Counted from the stretch's first letter, positions 20,031-32,929 are shown. The stretch: 64,000 nt of DNA from an uncultured delta proteobacterium (GCA_963847445.1 CAWJZV010000017.1:96001-160000), one strand, 5' to 3'. Made by a program: numbers and translations. The notes: a model not told the origin generated them from the sequence alone.

Positions 20031-21203
20031 TCAGCTCGCTCGCGCTGCGGCGAACGAGAAGGCGTCGTAGCCGTCTTCATGAATCAACTTGATGACCTCA
20101 TCCTTGGCCGGATCGAAATTGACGCCGATGGGGTCGGCGCCGTTTTGCACCGACTGAATCTGTTCCCGCAATAACTTGCGAAACATGACGATGCCGCGGT
20201 CGCCTTCGCCAAGATGTTCTTTAGAACGGTCGGCGAGGGGGCCTTGGGTCTCCCAGGCCATATGGTCTTGGCTGGTGAAATTGTCCATGTGAAATTCGCC
20301 GGCCGCGTCAGTAGTTCCGACATAGGCTATCGGCGTGTTCTCCGGCTGTTCGACCGCGCTGCGATCTTTGCTTGGGCTAAAACGGAATTGATAGACCTGG
20401 GTGTTGGTGTCGTCGATCGGCGTGCGGAAATGCATCGCATAGCCGATGCGCACGGGAACGAATAGTATGTTGGGGAAAATCAACGGATGGGGCGTTTCGA
20501 CGGGGGCTTCGTCGCCTTCGAATATGCGTTGTTTCTGGATGCCCGCCCAGGTCGGATAGTTGACGAATTCAAAATCGAACTTGTTGAGCATGCGATAATG
20601 ATACGGCACATGATCGGGATCGCCCTTGAGCTTGAGGGTGTGCGAATGGAGATAATAAGTGTGGGTCGGGTCGACGGAGTTCTCCATCGCTTGCAGCCAA
20701 TTGCAGCGCAAGGTTTCGCAGATGTCGACTTGCTTCTTGCCATCGTTGCGCACCAACAGGTCCCATTTGGGCAACAGCGGTTTCCTCTCCGGCGGGCCCA
20801 TGTAGGCGAATAGCAGGCCGGCGAGTTTTTCCACCGGGTAGGCGGGATGTTGAATCTTGGCTTTGAAGCCGGCTTCCGGGCTTTCGAAAGGCTGGTCGAT
20901 GCAGCGGCCGCAGGCATCGTACTTCCAACCATGATAGGGGCAGCGGATGCCGTCCTTCTCGACAAAGCCGTAGTAAAGCGACACGCCGCGGTGGGAACAA
21001 TTCTCCGCCACCAGGCCGTAACCGCCGGAGCGGTCCTGGTATAATAGCAAGTTTTCACCGAGCAGGCGGACGCGCTTTTTCGGTTTGGCATCGTTCAACT
21101 CGGCGGCGGCGCCAACCACATGCCAATAGCGCCGCAACAATTGCCCGGCGGGAGTGCCGGGACCGACCCGGCAGAAAAAGTCGTTGTCTTCGTGACTGAG
21201 CAT
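20031..21203 (-). CDS. Rieske non-heme iron oxygenase alpha subunit (phthalate dioxygenase-like)
   Basis: CSHRG...CPYHGW Rieske motif; ENSVDPTHTYYLH; QDHMAWETQG. Confidence 0.92.
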   Translation of the reverse strand: MLSHEDNDFFCRVGPGTPAGQLLRRYWHVVGAAAELNDAKPKKRVRLLGENLLLYQDRSGGYGLVAENCSHRGVSLYYGFVEKDGIRCPYHGWKYDACGRCIDQPFESPEAGFKAKIQHPAYPVEKLAGLLFAYMGPPERKPLLPKWDLLVRNDGKKQVDICETLRCNWLQAMENSVDPTHTYYLHSHTLKLKGDPDHVPYHYRMLNKFDFEFVNYPTWAGIQKQRIFEGDEAPVETPHPLIFPNILFVPVRIGYAMHFRTPIDDTNTQVYQFRFSPSKDRSAVEQPENTPIAYVGTTDAAGEFHMDNFTSQDHMAWETQGPLADRSKEHLGEGDRGIVMFRKLLREQIQSVQNGADPIGVNFDPAKDEVIKLIHEDGYDAFSFAAARAS

Positions 21204-21551
21204 GACGGTGGACTCCTTATGGCGATTTGTCCTGCGGGCGCTCGCGCAGCGACAAGATATTAGCTGACAGTATTAGAAATTTTGCCAAGGTGTCAACTTG
21301 GGGAAAGCAATCGGCAGTCGGCAGGAGGTGGGACTGTCGAAGTTTTACGGCAATAGCCAATGACCTGCACTGTTGTCCTTAGGCCATAATCGTCGCCGGT
21401 TGTTTCCAGGGCATGTAACGCTCCATTTCATTATTCTCTCCAGTTTCCACAATGTCGCGCATTGACATGCTCTTTTACGCGGTGTTATGGCTGCACCATG
21501 GCGCATCGTCCGGGTTCATTGCAATCTTTTACGTAATAACAAGGAGTCAAT

Positions 21552-22574
21552 ATGGCAAACTATAAAGTCATCGATGCCGATGGTCATGTGCGCGAATCGA
21601 ACGCCGGCATGCGCGAGTTCCTGCCACCGCGCTGGCAGCGCCGCAACCTTTTCCCCAACGACGAGTGGGATCGCGACCTGCGCGGCAAGCTGGGGCAGAA
21701 GCCCGAGGGTCCCAAAGATCAGCTGGCGGCCATGGACGAAGACGGTATCGACGTCATGGTGATGTACCCGACGGCCGGGTTACATGTCTCGGCGCTGCAC
21801 GAAAAAGATTACGCCACGGCAGTAACCCAGGCCTATAACGACTGGCTCTATCATTTTTGCAAGACCGATGCGGCGCGGCTGAAGTTCGTCGCGTTATTGG
21901 CGCCCCAGGACCCCAACGCCGCCGCTGAAGAATTGCGCCGCGCGGTGACGGAGCGCGGCGCGGTGGCCGGCGTGTTGCCGACCTACCTGCCGCAGATGCC
22001 GGACTTCGGCGATGGTTTTTACGATCCGATTTATGCCGCCGCCGAGAGTCTCGGCGTCGGTCTCGGTTTTCACACCGGAACTTCCGCCGATTCGCTCGGC
22101 GGCCAGCGCTTTCGCAAGTTTCTCTCGGCCCATACCATCGACCATCCGGCCGAGCAGATGATGGCGCTGATCGCGACCATCGTCGGCGGCGTGTTCGAGC
22201 GCTTTTCCAGGCTCAGCATCGCTTATCTCGAGTCGGGTATCGGCTGGGTGCCGTATATGATCGACCGGCTCGACGAAGAGGTGGAAAAACGCGGCGCCGA
22301 CGAAGCGCCCTACTTAACCAAGCTGCCGAGCGAATATGTGAAGAGCGGACGGGTCTATTTCGGCGTCGAATGCGAAGAGAAGACGATTCCCGACGCCATG
22401 CGCTGGGGCTTGGAAGACACGATCCTTTATTCCTCCGACTATCCGCACTGGGACGGCGACTGGCCGCATACCGTGAAAGGCATCCGCAAGCGCACCGATC
22501 TGTCCGATGGTGTGAAAAAGAAAATGTTGCACGATAACGTGGCGCGGTTCTATCGACTGGATGCGGCGGTGTGA
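21552..22574 (+). CDS. Amidohydrolase family protein (Amidohydro_2)
   Basis: IDADGH, AYNDWL, LESGIGWVP, SSDYPHWD. Confidence 0.92.
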   Translation: MANYKVIDADGHVRESNAGMREFLPPRWQRRNLFPNDEWDRDLRGKLGQKPEGPKDQLAAMDEDGIDVMVMYPTAGLHVSALHEKDYATAVTQAYNDWLYHFCKTDAARLKFVALLAPQDPNAAAEELRRAVTERGAVAGVLPTYLPQMPDFGDGFYDPIYAAAESLGVGLGFHTGTSADSLGGQRFRKFLSAHTIDHPAEQMMALIATIVGGVFERFSRLSIAYLESGIGWVPYMIDRLDEEVEKRGADEAPYLTKLPSEYVKSGRVYFGVECEEKTIPDAMRWGLEDTILYSSDYPHWDGDWPHTVKGIRKRTDLSDGVKKKMLHDNVARFYRLDAAV

Positions 22575-22604
22575 CCTGGAGCCGATGTTCGATCGACCGG
22601 AAGG

Positions 22605-22938
22605 TTTCACCACGAAGGAGCTAGTACTAAGAGCAGGAGGTGCGGAGCTTTATTATTCCGAACCTTCGTGTCCTTTGTGATCTCCTTAGAAAATACAGGT
22701 AAGGGGAGGGTCTCCGCAGTAGGTCACCTGGGTTCCGTCATACCCGCGAAAGCGGGTACATGGGAGGGCGGACACATAGGTCCGCCCCTACGGGAAGAAC
22801 CTGGATTCCCGCCCTTCGGCTTTGCTCAGGACAGGCGTGCGCGGGAATGACGCGTCAAGCAGACCGCCTATGGAGGGATCGCCATCCATTTTCATTTTCT
22901 GTAGACGAGCGTAAGCTCATGGACACTTCGTGGTGAAA
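22605..22938. repeat. Composite nested REP/MITE-like element
   Basis: Perfect 13-bp terminal IR TTTCACCACGAAG/CTTCGTGGTGAAA; contains dRS3-like hairpins, a GTAG-REP (22766-22791, minus) and a 24-bp insert; last ~100 bp nearly identical to 34070-34172. Confidence 0.85.
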
Positions 22939-23039
22939 TGAGCTCTAGCAGATCCCGAAGGCAATCAAGTGCTCGTGTCGGAACAGAGTTGGCCAATTGA
23001 TAGCCTCTTGCCGATGCTTTCAACGAAAGGAAGTGTAGC

Positions 23040-23342
23040 GTGATCGTCGTATCCAATCGCCTTCAAGTAGCCAAGGGTCATGAAGCGGATTTTGAAAAAC
23101 GCTTCGAAGGCCGCGCCCGGCTGGTGGAGAACATGGCGGGATTTATCCGCTTGGAAATTCTCCGGCCGATAAAAAGCGATTACTACATCGTCCTGACTCA
23201 CTGGCAAGACGAAGCTTCGTTTCGCGCCTGGACCGACAGCGCGGAGTTTAAAGAAGCTCATAACAAGCGCCCACCGGCGGAAATTTTTGCCGGCCCGAAT
23301 GTGTTTGAGATGCACGAAGTGATTCAGCAAGCGGGAAATTAG
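23040..23342 (+). CDS. ABM-family monooxygenase (IsdG/HmoA-like)
   Basis: N-terminal Asn, FEKRF, GFIRL, W..EASFRAWTDS.EFKEAH. Confidence 0.85.
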   Translation: MIVVSNRLQVAKGHEADFEKRFEGRARLVENMAGFIRLEILRPIKSDYYIVLTHWQDEASFRAWTDSAEFKEAHNKRPPAEIFAGPNVFEMHEVIQQAGN

Positions 23343-23491
23343 CGGCAAAAAGATCGATTTCATCGACCGATGATTTTGCCCGCTCGCGTATTGGCTAGGG
23401 AGACGTTTCGCTAACGAGCAAAACGCCTTCGCTTGACATCGCCCTGCCTGCCCATTACTGCTGGAGCTAATCGATTCTTAAGGAGGTTCTC

Positions 23492-23884
23492 ATGCCTAAA
23501 CTACGCCATTTGGCGATTCGAACAGAAGATACCGGGAAGTTAGCGGCATTTTACATGGATGTTTTTGAGATGCAGATACTGCACAAAGAGCGAGACGAAG
23601 GCGGCGTGATTTATTTGACCGACGGTTATTTCAATCTCGCTATTCTGCCCAATAAGGAGCAGAACTCGCCCAACGGGCTTTATCACTTTGGCTTCGAGGT
23701 CGAAAGCGGCGAGAAGATCGTCGAGCGATTGAAAAAGATCAACCCCAATAAATTGCCCAAACAGCGCCCGAACGACCGTCCCTACGCGGAAACCCGTTGC
23801 TCCGATATCGACGGCAACTTTTTCGATATCTCCGAGCATGGTTTTCTCGATTACGAACTGGTCGGCGACAGGAAGAAGAAGTAG
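23492..23884 (+). CDS. VOC/glyoxalase family protein
   Basis: LRHLAIRT..LAAFY..VFEM; GLYHFGFEV; DIDGNFFDIS. Confidence 0.88.
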   Translation: MPKLRHLAIRTEDTGKLAAFYMDVFEMQILHKERDEGGVIYLTDGYFNLAILPNKEQNSPNGLYHFGFEVESGEKIVERLKKINPNKLPKQRPNDRPYAETRCSDIDGNFFDISEHGFLDYELVGDRKKK

Positions 23885-24001
23885 GAAAGTTCGTTCAAAC
23901 TCGTTGCACCGCTGCGTTCCGTTCAAACCGTGGGAACTTGCCAAGCCGGTTTGAACTGTTTGAGCCAGCTTCATGGATTGAAGTTACCGGAGGACTGAGT
24001 A

Positions 24002-24997
24002 ATGCGCCGTGGATTGTTTTCTCTGCTCGTAGCGCTCGCGTTTGTGCCAGCCGAGCTGTCTGCCCAAGTTCGTTCTAACTTCGCCTCCAGCATTACCAGC
24101 GAGAGCATGGCCTCCGTCTGGGTCGCCAGACAATTGGGCTTGTTCAAAAAATATGGCCTTGAGACCCAGTATATTCTCATGCCGCGTTCGCCGCTCGCGG
24201 TGGCGGCGTTGCTGGCCAACGAAATCGATGTGGCGGTGATTGGGCCGGGCCATCTGGTTAACGCGGCTACGAGCGGCGCCGATGTGATCGGCATTGCGAA
24301 CTTCGTTCAGAAACTGGACTACCGGGTTAACGTGCGTCCCGACATCAAGAAGAAAGAAGATCTGCGTGGCAAGAAGATCGCTATCAGCGGTCCGGGGGCG
24401 ACCTCGCACCTGGTCACGCTGTTGGCGCTGCAGCATATGGCGATGGATCCGAATCAAGCGAAGATTACGTTTCTGACAATTCCCGGCACTGAGATCAACC
24501 GCCGTCTGGCGTTGGAAAGCGGTAGTATCGACGCCACCTCGCTGAACGGTTCGGTGGGGGACACTTACGCGAACAAAGGTTATCCGATTATCTATAATTT
24601 CAAAGGTTCAGGCGTGACCATGCCCCAAACCATGCTGGTCACGACCCGCCGTATTGCGGCAGCCAAGCCTCAGGTTATCGAAGGTTACTCGAAAGGACTC
24701 GTCGAGGCGATCGCTTACATGCTCGATCCGGTTAACAAGGAAAACGTAACGCGCATCATGGCCACCAACTTACGGCTGTCCAATACGAGCGAGGCCGACG
24801 AAGCCTATCAGGCCGTGTTCAATGCCTACGAGCGGCTGCCCCTACCGACGGTGGAAGGCATGAAGCGACTGCATGGCTTGCTCCTGACGATCAATCCAAA
24901 ACTTCCAGATGTCAAAGCCGAAACTTTGATCGACGACAGCTTTATTCATAGGCTCGAAGCTTCCGGTTTTGTCCAGAGCGTTACTAAAAAACGTTAA
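24002..24997 (+). CDS. ABC substrate-binding protein (SsuA/NMT1-like)
   Basis: Signal peptide; GLFKKYGLE; LRGKKIAISGPG. Confidence 0.88.
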   Translation: MRRGLFSLLVALAFVPAELSAQVRSNFASSITSESMASVWVARQLGLFKKYGLETQYILMPRSPLAVAALLANEIDVAVIGPGHLVNAATSGADVIGIANFVQKLDYRVNVRPDIKKKEDLRGKKIAISGPGATSHLVTLLALQHMAMDPNQAKITFLTIPGTEINRRLALESGSIDATSLNGSVGDTYANKGYPIIYNFKGSGVTMPQTMLVTTRRIAAAKPQVIEGYSKGLVEAIAYMLDPVNKENVTRIMATNLRLSNTSEADEAYQAVFNAYERLPLPTVEGMKRLHGLLLTINPKLPDVKAETLIDDSFIHRLEASGFVQSVTKKR

Positions 24998-25018
24998 AGA
25001 GTGATCAGACAGAGGCTC

Positions 25019-25148
25019 ACCGCAAAGAGCCTGTAGATCACTGACAGAATCTTTGCAAAGAACGCAAAAGACGCATAATAATATCCGCAGCGTAGGGACG
25101 CGAGTCATTGCGACCTTTGCGACGCTTTAACCTAACCTTGCGCAAAGT
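25019..25148. repeat. CGCAAAG-type palindromic intergenic repeat (related units at 46511, 46606, 55299, 58643)
   Basis: GCAAAGAACGCAAAAGACGCA...TTGCGACCTTTGCG, 9-nt periodic arms. Confidence 0.6.
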
Positions 25149-25306
25149 GCCGGAATTCTCAGCAATCGTCACCCAATCGAAGATTCGGGACGGGAGGATT
25201 GGCGGCGAAGTAGGCAAAGCATAACAATGAAAGAACTTCGGCATGAACAACGGCGAGCTTGCAACTGGCCGTCGTGATTTGTGCGGCATGCGGGAGCAGG
25301 CAAACG

Positions 25307-26776
25307 ATGAAAGAAGAACAGGTTTCAGTCGTGGTTGTCGGCGGTGGCAGCGCCGCCTTTGAAGCGGCGGTGGCGGCCAAGCAAAGCGGTGCCCGTCAAG
25401 TCGTCATGTTGGAAAAAGCGCCCGAGCCGGAGTTCGGTGGCAACGCGCGTTTCTCGCACACCGGATTTCGCTTCGCCTATTCCGGCGCAGCGGAAATCCG
25501 CGGCTTTATGCCCAATATGAGCGTTGGCGAGTTCGACCGATTGCACTTGCCCGGCTATACGCCGGCGGATTTCACCGCCGATCTCATGCGTGTGACGCGC
25601 GGCCGGATCAACAAAAAACTCGCTGAAGTCTTGGTCAACGAATCCAACGTCGCCGTGCACTGGATGGATCAACTCGGCATGCAGTGGGAACCTGCCGGTC
25701 ATGTGGAGATCGACGGCAAACTTTATTTTGAGCCTGGTATCGTCATCCATCCCACTGGCGGCATTGGCGGCGGCATCAGCCAGCTCAATCAATGGCGCGA
25801 TATCGCCACGCGCATGGGGGTGACGATTCGCTACGAGTCGCGGGTGCGCGAGCTGCTGGGCAATGACCGGCATGTCGAAGGCGTGCGTGTATCCGATCCC
25901 GGAGAAGAATATGAGATCCGCGCCGGCGCGACGATTCTCTGCGCCGGCGGTTTTCAGGCCAATCCGGAAATGCGCGCGCGCTATCTCGGCGCCAACGCCG
26001 ATTTGATGAAAGTGCGCGGCAGCCGGCACGATACCGGCGAGGTATTGCAAATGGCGTTGGCGCTTGGTTGCAAAGCCTCCGGCCACTGGCAGGGCGCCCA
26101 TGCAACGCCCATCGACGCGACCTTTGGCGATGTCGAGCTTAGCAACAAAGCCAATCGTTACGGTTATACCTTTGGCATTACCGTTAACTCCCTGGGTCAA
26201 CGCTTCTTTGACGAAGGTGAGGCGCATATCTCTTACACCTACGCCAAGACGGGCTGGGCGGTGTTGAGCGAGCCGGGCGGCATGGCTTATCAGATTTTCG
26301 ATCGCAAAGGCGCGGCATTGCAGGACCCGAGCTACTACCAATTCGCCAATCCCATCGAAGCGCAGACGATTGCTGAGCTGGCCGGTAAGATCGGCATTGA
26401 GTCAAACGTGTTGAGTCATACCGTGGACAAATTCAATCAAGCGGTGCGCCATGATATTCCGTTCGATGCTTCGAAAACCGATGGTCGCTGCACCGAAGGC
26501 ATTCAGCCGCGCAAATCCAATTGGGCGGAGCGCATCGATGAGCCGCCCTTTCAGGCGTTCCCGGTGACTGGCGGCATCACTTTCACCTTCGGCGGCCTCG
26601 AGATTAACGGTGATGCCCAGGCGGTCAACACCGGCGGTCAGCCGATCCGCGGCTTGTTCGCATCGGGCGATATCATCGGTCTGTTTTTTCATAACTACCC
26701 GTCGTGCACGGGGCAGACGCGCAATGTGGTTTTTTCGCGCTTGGCCGGCAGACACGCCGCGGCGCAGGGATTGTAA
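25307..26776 (+). CDS. FAD-dependent oxidoreductase, tricarballylate dehydrogenase TcuA-like
   Basis: VVVGGGSAA, GGNARFS, AGGFQANPEMRARYLG, GITFTFGGL, FFHNYP. Confidence 0.85.
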   Translation: MKEEQVSVVVVGGGSAAFEAAVAAKQSGARQVVMLEKAPEPEFGGNARFSHTGFRFAYSGAAEIRGFMPNMSVGEFDRLHLPGYTPADFTADLMRVTRGRINKKLAEVLVNESNVAVHWMDQLGMQWEPAGHVEIDGKLYFEPGIVIHPTGGIGGGISQLNQWRDIATRMGVTIRYESRVRELLGNDRHVEGVRVSDPGEEYEIRAGATILCAGGFQANPEMRARYLGANADLMKVRGSRHDTGEVLQMALALGCKASGHWQGAHATPIDATFGDVELSNKANRYGYTFGITVNSLGQRFFDEGEAHISYTYAKTGWAVLSEPGGMAYQIFDRKGAALQDPSYYQFANPIEAQTIAELAGKIGIESNVLSHTVDKFNQAVRHDIPFDASKTDGRCTEGIQPRKSNWAERIDEPPFQAFPVTGGITFTFGGLEINGDAQAVNTGGQPIRGLFASGDIIGLFFHNYPSCTGQTRNVVFSRLAGRHAAAQGL

Positions 26777-26799
26777 CGAAACCGACAATTGAGGTGAAT

Positions 26800-27804
26800 A
26801 TGGCAGGTTGCCGCCGCAAATTAGCGCTCGCAGTTTTGTCAATTTTTTTCCTGCTATTTGCGTTCGCCGCGCGCTCGCCCGCCGCCACACCCGCGAATCC
26901 ATTGCTGATTACTATCGGCAGTCTCAGCGAGCGCGAAGCGGTGCTCTTTGTCGCCAAAGACTATGGCATTTTTAACAAGCATGGCTTGGATGTACGCGCG
27001 GTGCATGTGCGCAACGGCGCTGTCGCGCTGTCGGCGTTGGCGAATGGCGAGGCGCAGTTCTACATGGGCGCGGCGACCGGCTCGACCCTTGGCGCCATCG
27101 CCAACGGGCTGGACGCGGTGTTCATCACCAGCTTGATTCACAAGCTCGAAGGCACTTTCGTGGTCATTCCGACGATCAAGACGCCGGCCGACTTGAAAGG
27201 CAAAAACATCGGCGTCACCAGCCTCGGCGGCGGCGTCTGGATGCGCTCCATGCTGGCGTTCGAGCACTGGGGGCTCGAGCCACAGCGCGACAAAATAACC
27301 TTGCGCGTTATCGGCGACGAGTCTTTGCTCGCCCAGGCGATGCCCAACAAGGTGATCGACGGCGCTTATTTCAACTACACTTTTGCCAGCGTGCTCGAAC
27401 GGCAAGGCTTCCGCGTCTTGGCCGATCTCGCCAAGCTCAACATCCCGTATCAAAACACCGCGCTGCTGGCCCAGCGCAGGTATTTGAACAGCGCGCAAGA
27501 CTCCACGGAGCGCTTGCTGCGAGCGCTTGCCGACACGATCGGCTTCGTTCTCGACCCGAAAAACAAATCGCTGGTGCTTAAAAGCATGGCCAAAGGCCTG
27601 CGCCTCGCGCAAGTGGAAGACGCCGTCGGCGGGTATGAGCGCCTCGGCAATATGTACCAACGCCGCATCTTTCCCAACGTCGACGGCATCCGCTCGACCA
27701 TCCGCTTTCTTGGCGCGACCAACGACAAGATCCGTGCGCTGAAGGCTGAAGACTTGATCGACGAACGGTTTGTGAAAAAATTGGAACAAGAGGGCAGGTT
27801 TTAG
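26800..27804 (+). CDS. ABC substrate-binding protein (SsuA/NMT1-like)
   Basis: Signal peptide; GIFNKHGLDV; LKGKNIGVTSLGG. Confidence 0.88.
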   Translation: MAGCRRKLALAVLSIFFLLFAFAARSPAATPANPLLITIGSLSEREAVLFVAKDYGIFNKHGLDVRAVHVRNGAVALSALANGEAQFYMGAATGSTLGAIANGLDAVFITSLIHKLEGTFVVIPTIKTPADLKGKNIGVTSLGGGVWMRSMLAFEHWGLEPQRDKITLRVIGDESLLAQAMPNKVIDGAYFNYTFASVLERQGFRVLADLAKLNIPYQNTALLAQRRYLNSAQDSTERLLRALADTIGFVLDPKNKSLVLKSMAKGLRLAQVEDAVGGYERLGNMYQRRIFPNVDGIRSTIRFLGATNDKIRALKAEDLIDERFVKKLEQEGRF

Positions 27805-27966
27805 ATTGAGTCGTGGCCGGTCGTCTTGTCGTTTTCCCTACTCGACCTCGTCAAGCCGCCTGCGATCGCGATAGATTGCGGTTTCGATACCCGCCGCGCT
27901 CGGTAACTCGAATTGCCAACAAAACGTTAAAACCGTCCAACGTCATTCAGTCCGAAGCGCGAATCC

Positions 27967-28422
27967 ATGAAATCTATCAGCGAGTATTACAAAATCCTCG
28001 GAGTCGACTCCAGCGTCACAGCCGAAGAGCTGAAGAAGGTTTACCGAGAGCTGGTCAAAGAGTGGCATCCCGATCGGCTTTTGCATAATCCGAGTCTGCA
28101 CAAGACCGCGCAGCAAAAGCTCCAGGAAATCAATGAAGCCTACGATCAGCTTCAGGCGCACTTGGCAAATCCCGAACCCCAATCGTCGCCGCCCAAGAAC
28201 GAGCCGAGTCGAGATACCGCCGACGGGCGCCGCAAAGCAACCAATGCGACCGCAAAACGGCCCGTTGCCCCTGTGACTCAATTGTTAAACCCCTATGTCG
28301 CATTTTGGCGAAAGCATCGTGTGTTGGTCCGGCGCGTAGCCTTAGACACCGTGAAAGATCCGTGGATCATCGCGGCCTTTATTTTCATGCTGTTGTTGGC
28401 GATCGCTGTAGATTGGTTTTAG
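27967..28422 (+). CDS. J-domain protein with C-terminal TM helix
   Basis: YYKILGV..ELKKVYRELVKEWHPD..LQEINEAYDQL; hydrophobic C-terminus. Confidence 0.88.
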   Translation: MKSISEYYKILGVDSSVTAEELKKVYRELVKEWHPDRLLHNPSLHKTAQQKLQEINEAYDQLQAHLANPEPQSSPPKNEPSRDTADGRRKATNATAKRPVAPVTQLLNPYVAFWRKHRVLVRRVALDTVKDPWIIAAFIFMLLLAIAVDWF

Positions 28423-29121
28423 CAATCAAGCTAACTCGCTGGAATCGAAAACTCGTCAAGGGAAATGATCGATCCCTGCCGACGTCAAACAAATCTTCGT
28501 TGAAGCGGTTACCGAGTTGGTCTCTATGACTGCGAAACGTAGAGGAAGTTCTTCGTTGGTACGCAGCCGTGGTGAGCGACACCAGCAATCTCGATCTCGA
28601 CGCGAAAATCAGTTACTTAGAATCAAAAACAAACAACGAAACGCTAAGCAAGTCCCGCCTACTTCAAAAATCTTCGACTTCGTATAACAGGATTGAATCG
28701 GAAGTCTCCTGCGATCAAATCTGCCAATTCATTCGTCTGTGTGCCGCATACGGATAGTCATTTACGTTTCTGACTTATTTTATCGTGCGTCGATTCGTCT
28801 GGGTGAAAAGGTTCTTTAAGGAACGAGAGTCGGCTGATTGCTTTCGCTCGGCAATTGCAGCAGGCGAGAACGCTGGAGGACAGTTCGATGCAAGCGCGAC
28901 ATTTTGCATGCCGACAAAAGGAACAGACGAGGCCTAGGGCTGGGGAATAATGTAGTAATCGAGTCACGGTGCGCCATCCTAACCCACGCGAACATTTGTA
29001 TCGGTGTAGCGGTTTAATTTAAAATTGAGTCCGCATCCTTATTTAAGATTGTATCGAGTGTCAAGCGAATAACGATTTTCTCAAGTTGTTTTTGACAAAA
29101 AAAAGCAATGACAAGCAATTC

Positions 29122-29144
29122 TTAATGAAACTAAGTTTTAATAA
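29122..29144. promoter_or_regulatory. AT-rich 11-1-11 imperfect palindrome, Fur-box-like
   Basis: TTAATGAAACT-A-AGTTTTAATAA, 9/11 symmetric. Confidence 0.35.
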
Positions 29145-29504
29145 TCGAAATCGATCATTCTTAAAATTCTTGTTGGTCGCGGTTGCTCTTCAATCGCAGA
29201 TCTGTCAAATAAATCCTTTGACATTAGTCTGAGGTGTATTCAGGTGAATCCGCGAGTAAAGCGCTGGGCCTTAGCAGCGACGCCGTCATTGTAGAGATAA
29301 AGGCAGCGGCATCCGCCCTGTGTCGGGTAGAATCGTTGAAAATATAGTGCCGCAGCCGTGTGATCGTCTAGCTGTGCGATCTCAAGAAACCGGCTGTCCG
29401 ACGTTTCTCGCGGCGCGGCGCCTTGGTCAAATAATTGAACTGATTCGTGTTGGGGATTCTGAGCTCGGTTCGATGACCGATTGTCACGGGCGCGATCTCG
29501 CCGG

Positions 29505-31896
<2,392 letters not shown>

Positions 31897-32020
31897 GGAT
31901 GAAGCCTTATGGGATCAACGAATCGATTGAGTATATCAGCGTTGCATAAAGAATTAAGCGCGGTGAAAGAAAAGTCACGCAACCGGCTAAAAACAAAGCA
32001 GGCCAGCAAAAAATTGTGAC

Positions 32021-32929
32021 TTACCAGCGCTGCGCCGGCGGCAGGCCAACCGATTTTAACCAATCGACGGTCTGGTTCGTGACCATTCTCTCATTGTTGA
32101 CGAACAAGTGGGCTTGGAATGGCGAGTTGCCGGGGCTGCTGGGAATGACGACGATCTCGGCTTGCGGTGATTTAACCGCATTCGCTTTGATTCTGCCGGC
32201 GATGGTTGCGCGCCGGGTGACTATGCCTTTGCCTTGGATGTTGTCGCCGTCGTCATAAACGATCAGAAACGGCACCTTGATGTTGCCAATCATTTTCTCG
32301 ACATTGGCCTTGCTAGTTTTGACGTCCCGGTAGCTGATAAAGGTTTTCGCCGAAGTGATGATGAACCGGCCTTCGCGAAAGGGCAGCAGCTTGATCTCAT
32401 CGCCTTTGCCGGCGGCAACCAACTCGCGGCATTCGCTGGCGAAGCTTTCGTATAGTTCGGGGCCGAGCAATGAATCGCGAGTCACGGCCGGAATGTCGAT
32501 ATGCGGGCCGTAGACGCCCAGGGCTTTGACCGCCGGGTGCGGTTGGTCGCCTTGATAGTATTCGACGATCGGTGTGCCGAGGCTATGGCCGACGAGAAAT
32601 ATTCTGTCGCAGCCGCGGCTGGCCATGAACGAAACCGCATCGCCGGCTTCGCTGACCGCTGTGTCAAAGTCCGAAGTGCGAAAGGAATCTCCCGAATGGA
32701 CGCCGTTGTACCCCAGCACGGTGTAGCCGGCTTCGGCGAGATAGGCGCCGAGAAACATCGTCGGCGCCGAGTACCAATAGGATTCAACGCCGTGCACTAA
32801 TACCACAGCGGTTGATGACGGCTTGAACAATTTCGCATCGGGGCTGAAGATGCCGCCCTGCACGTCTCGACCGTTACTGCGAAATTCTATCAGTTCAAAT
32901 CCGACGCCGGCTTTCGGTAAGTAGCCCAT
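32021..32929 (-). CDS. Alpha/beta hydrolase
   Basis: VLVHG and GHSLG nucleophile motif; start chosen at MGYLPK. Confidence 0.8.
   Translation of the reverse strand: MGYLPKAGVGFELIEFRSNGRDVQGGIFSPDAKLFKPSSTAVVLVHGVESYWYSAPTMFLGAYLAEAGYTVLGYNGVHSGDSFRTSDFDTAVSEAGDAVSFMASRGCDRIFLVGHSLGTPIVEYYQGDQPHPAVKALGVYGPHIDIPAVTRDSLLGPELYESFASECRELVAAGKGDEIKLLPFREGRFIITSAKTFISYRDVKTSKANVEKMIGNIKVPFLIVYDDGDNIQGKGIVTRRATIAGRIKANAVKSPQAEIVVIPSSPGNSPFQAHLFVNNERMVTNQTVDWLKSVGLPPAQRW

Noticed and set aside
25325-27789. Long antisense ORFs (338 and 311 aa; also 11445-12293, 45188-46105, 49677-50666, 51558-52514)
   Set aside because: Shadow frames of well-supported GC-rich genes on the opposite strand, with no recognisable motifs.
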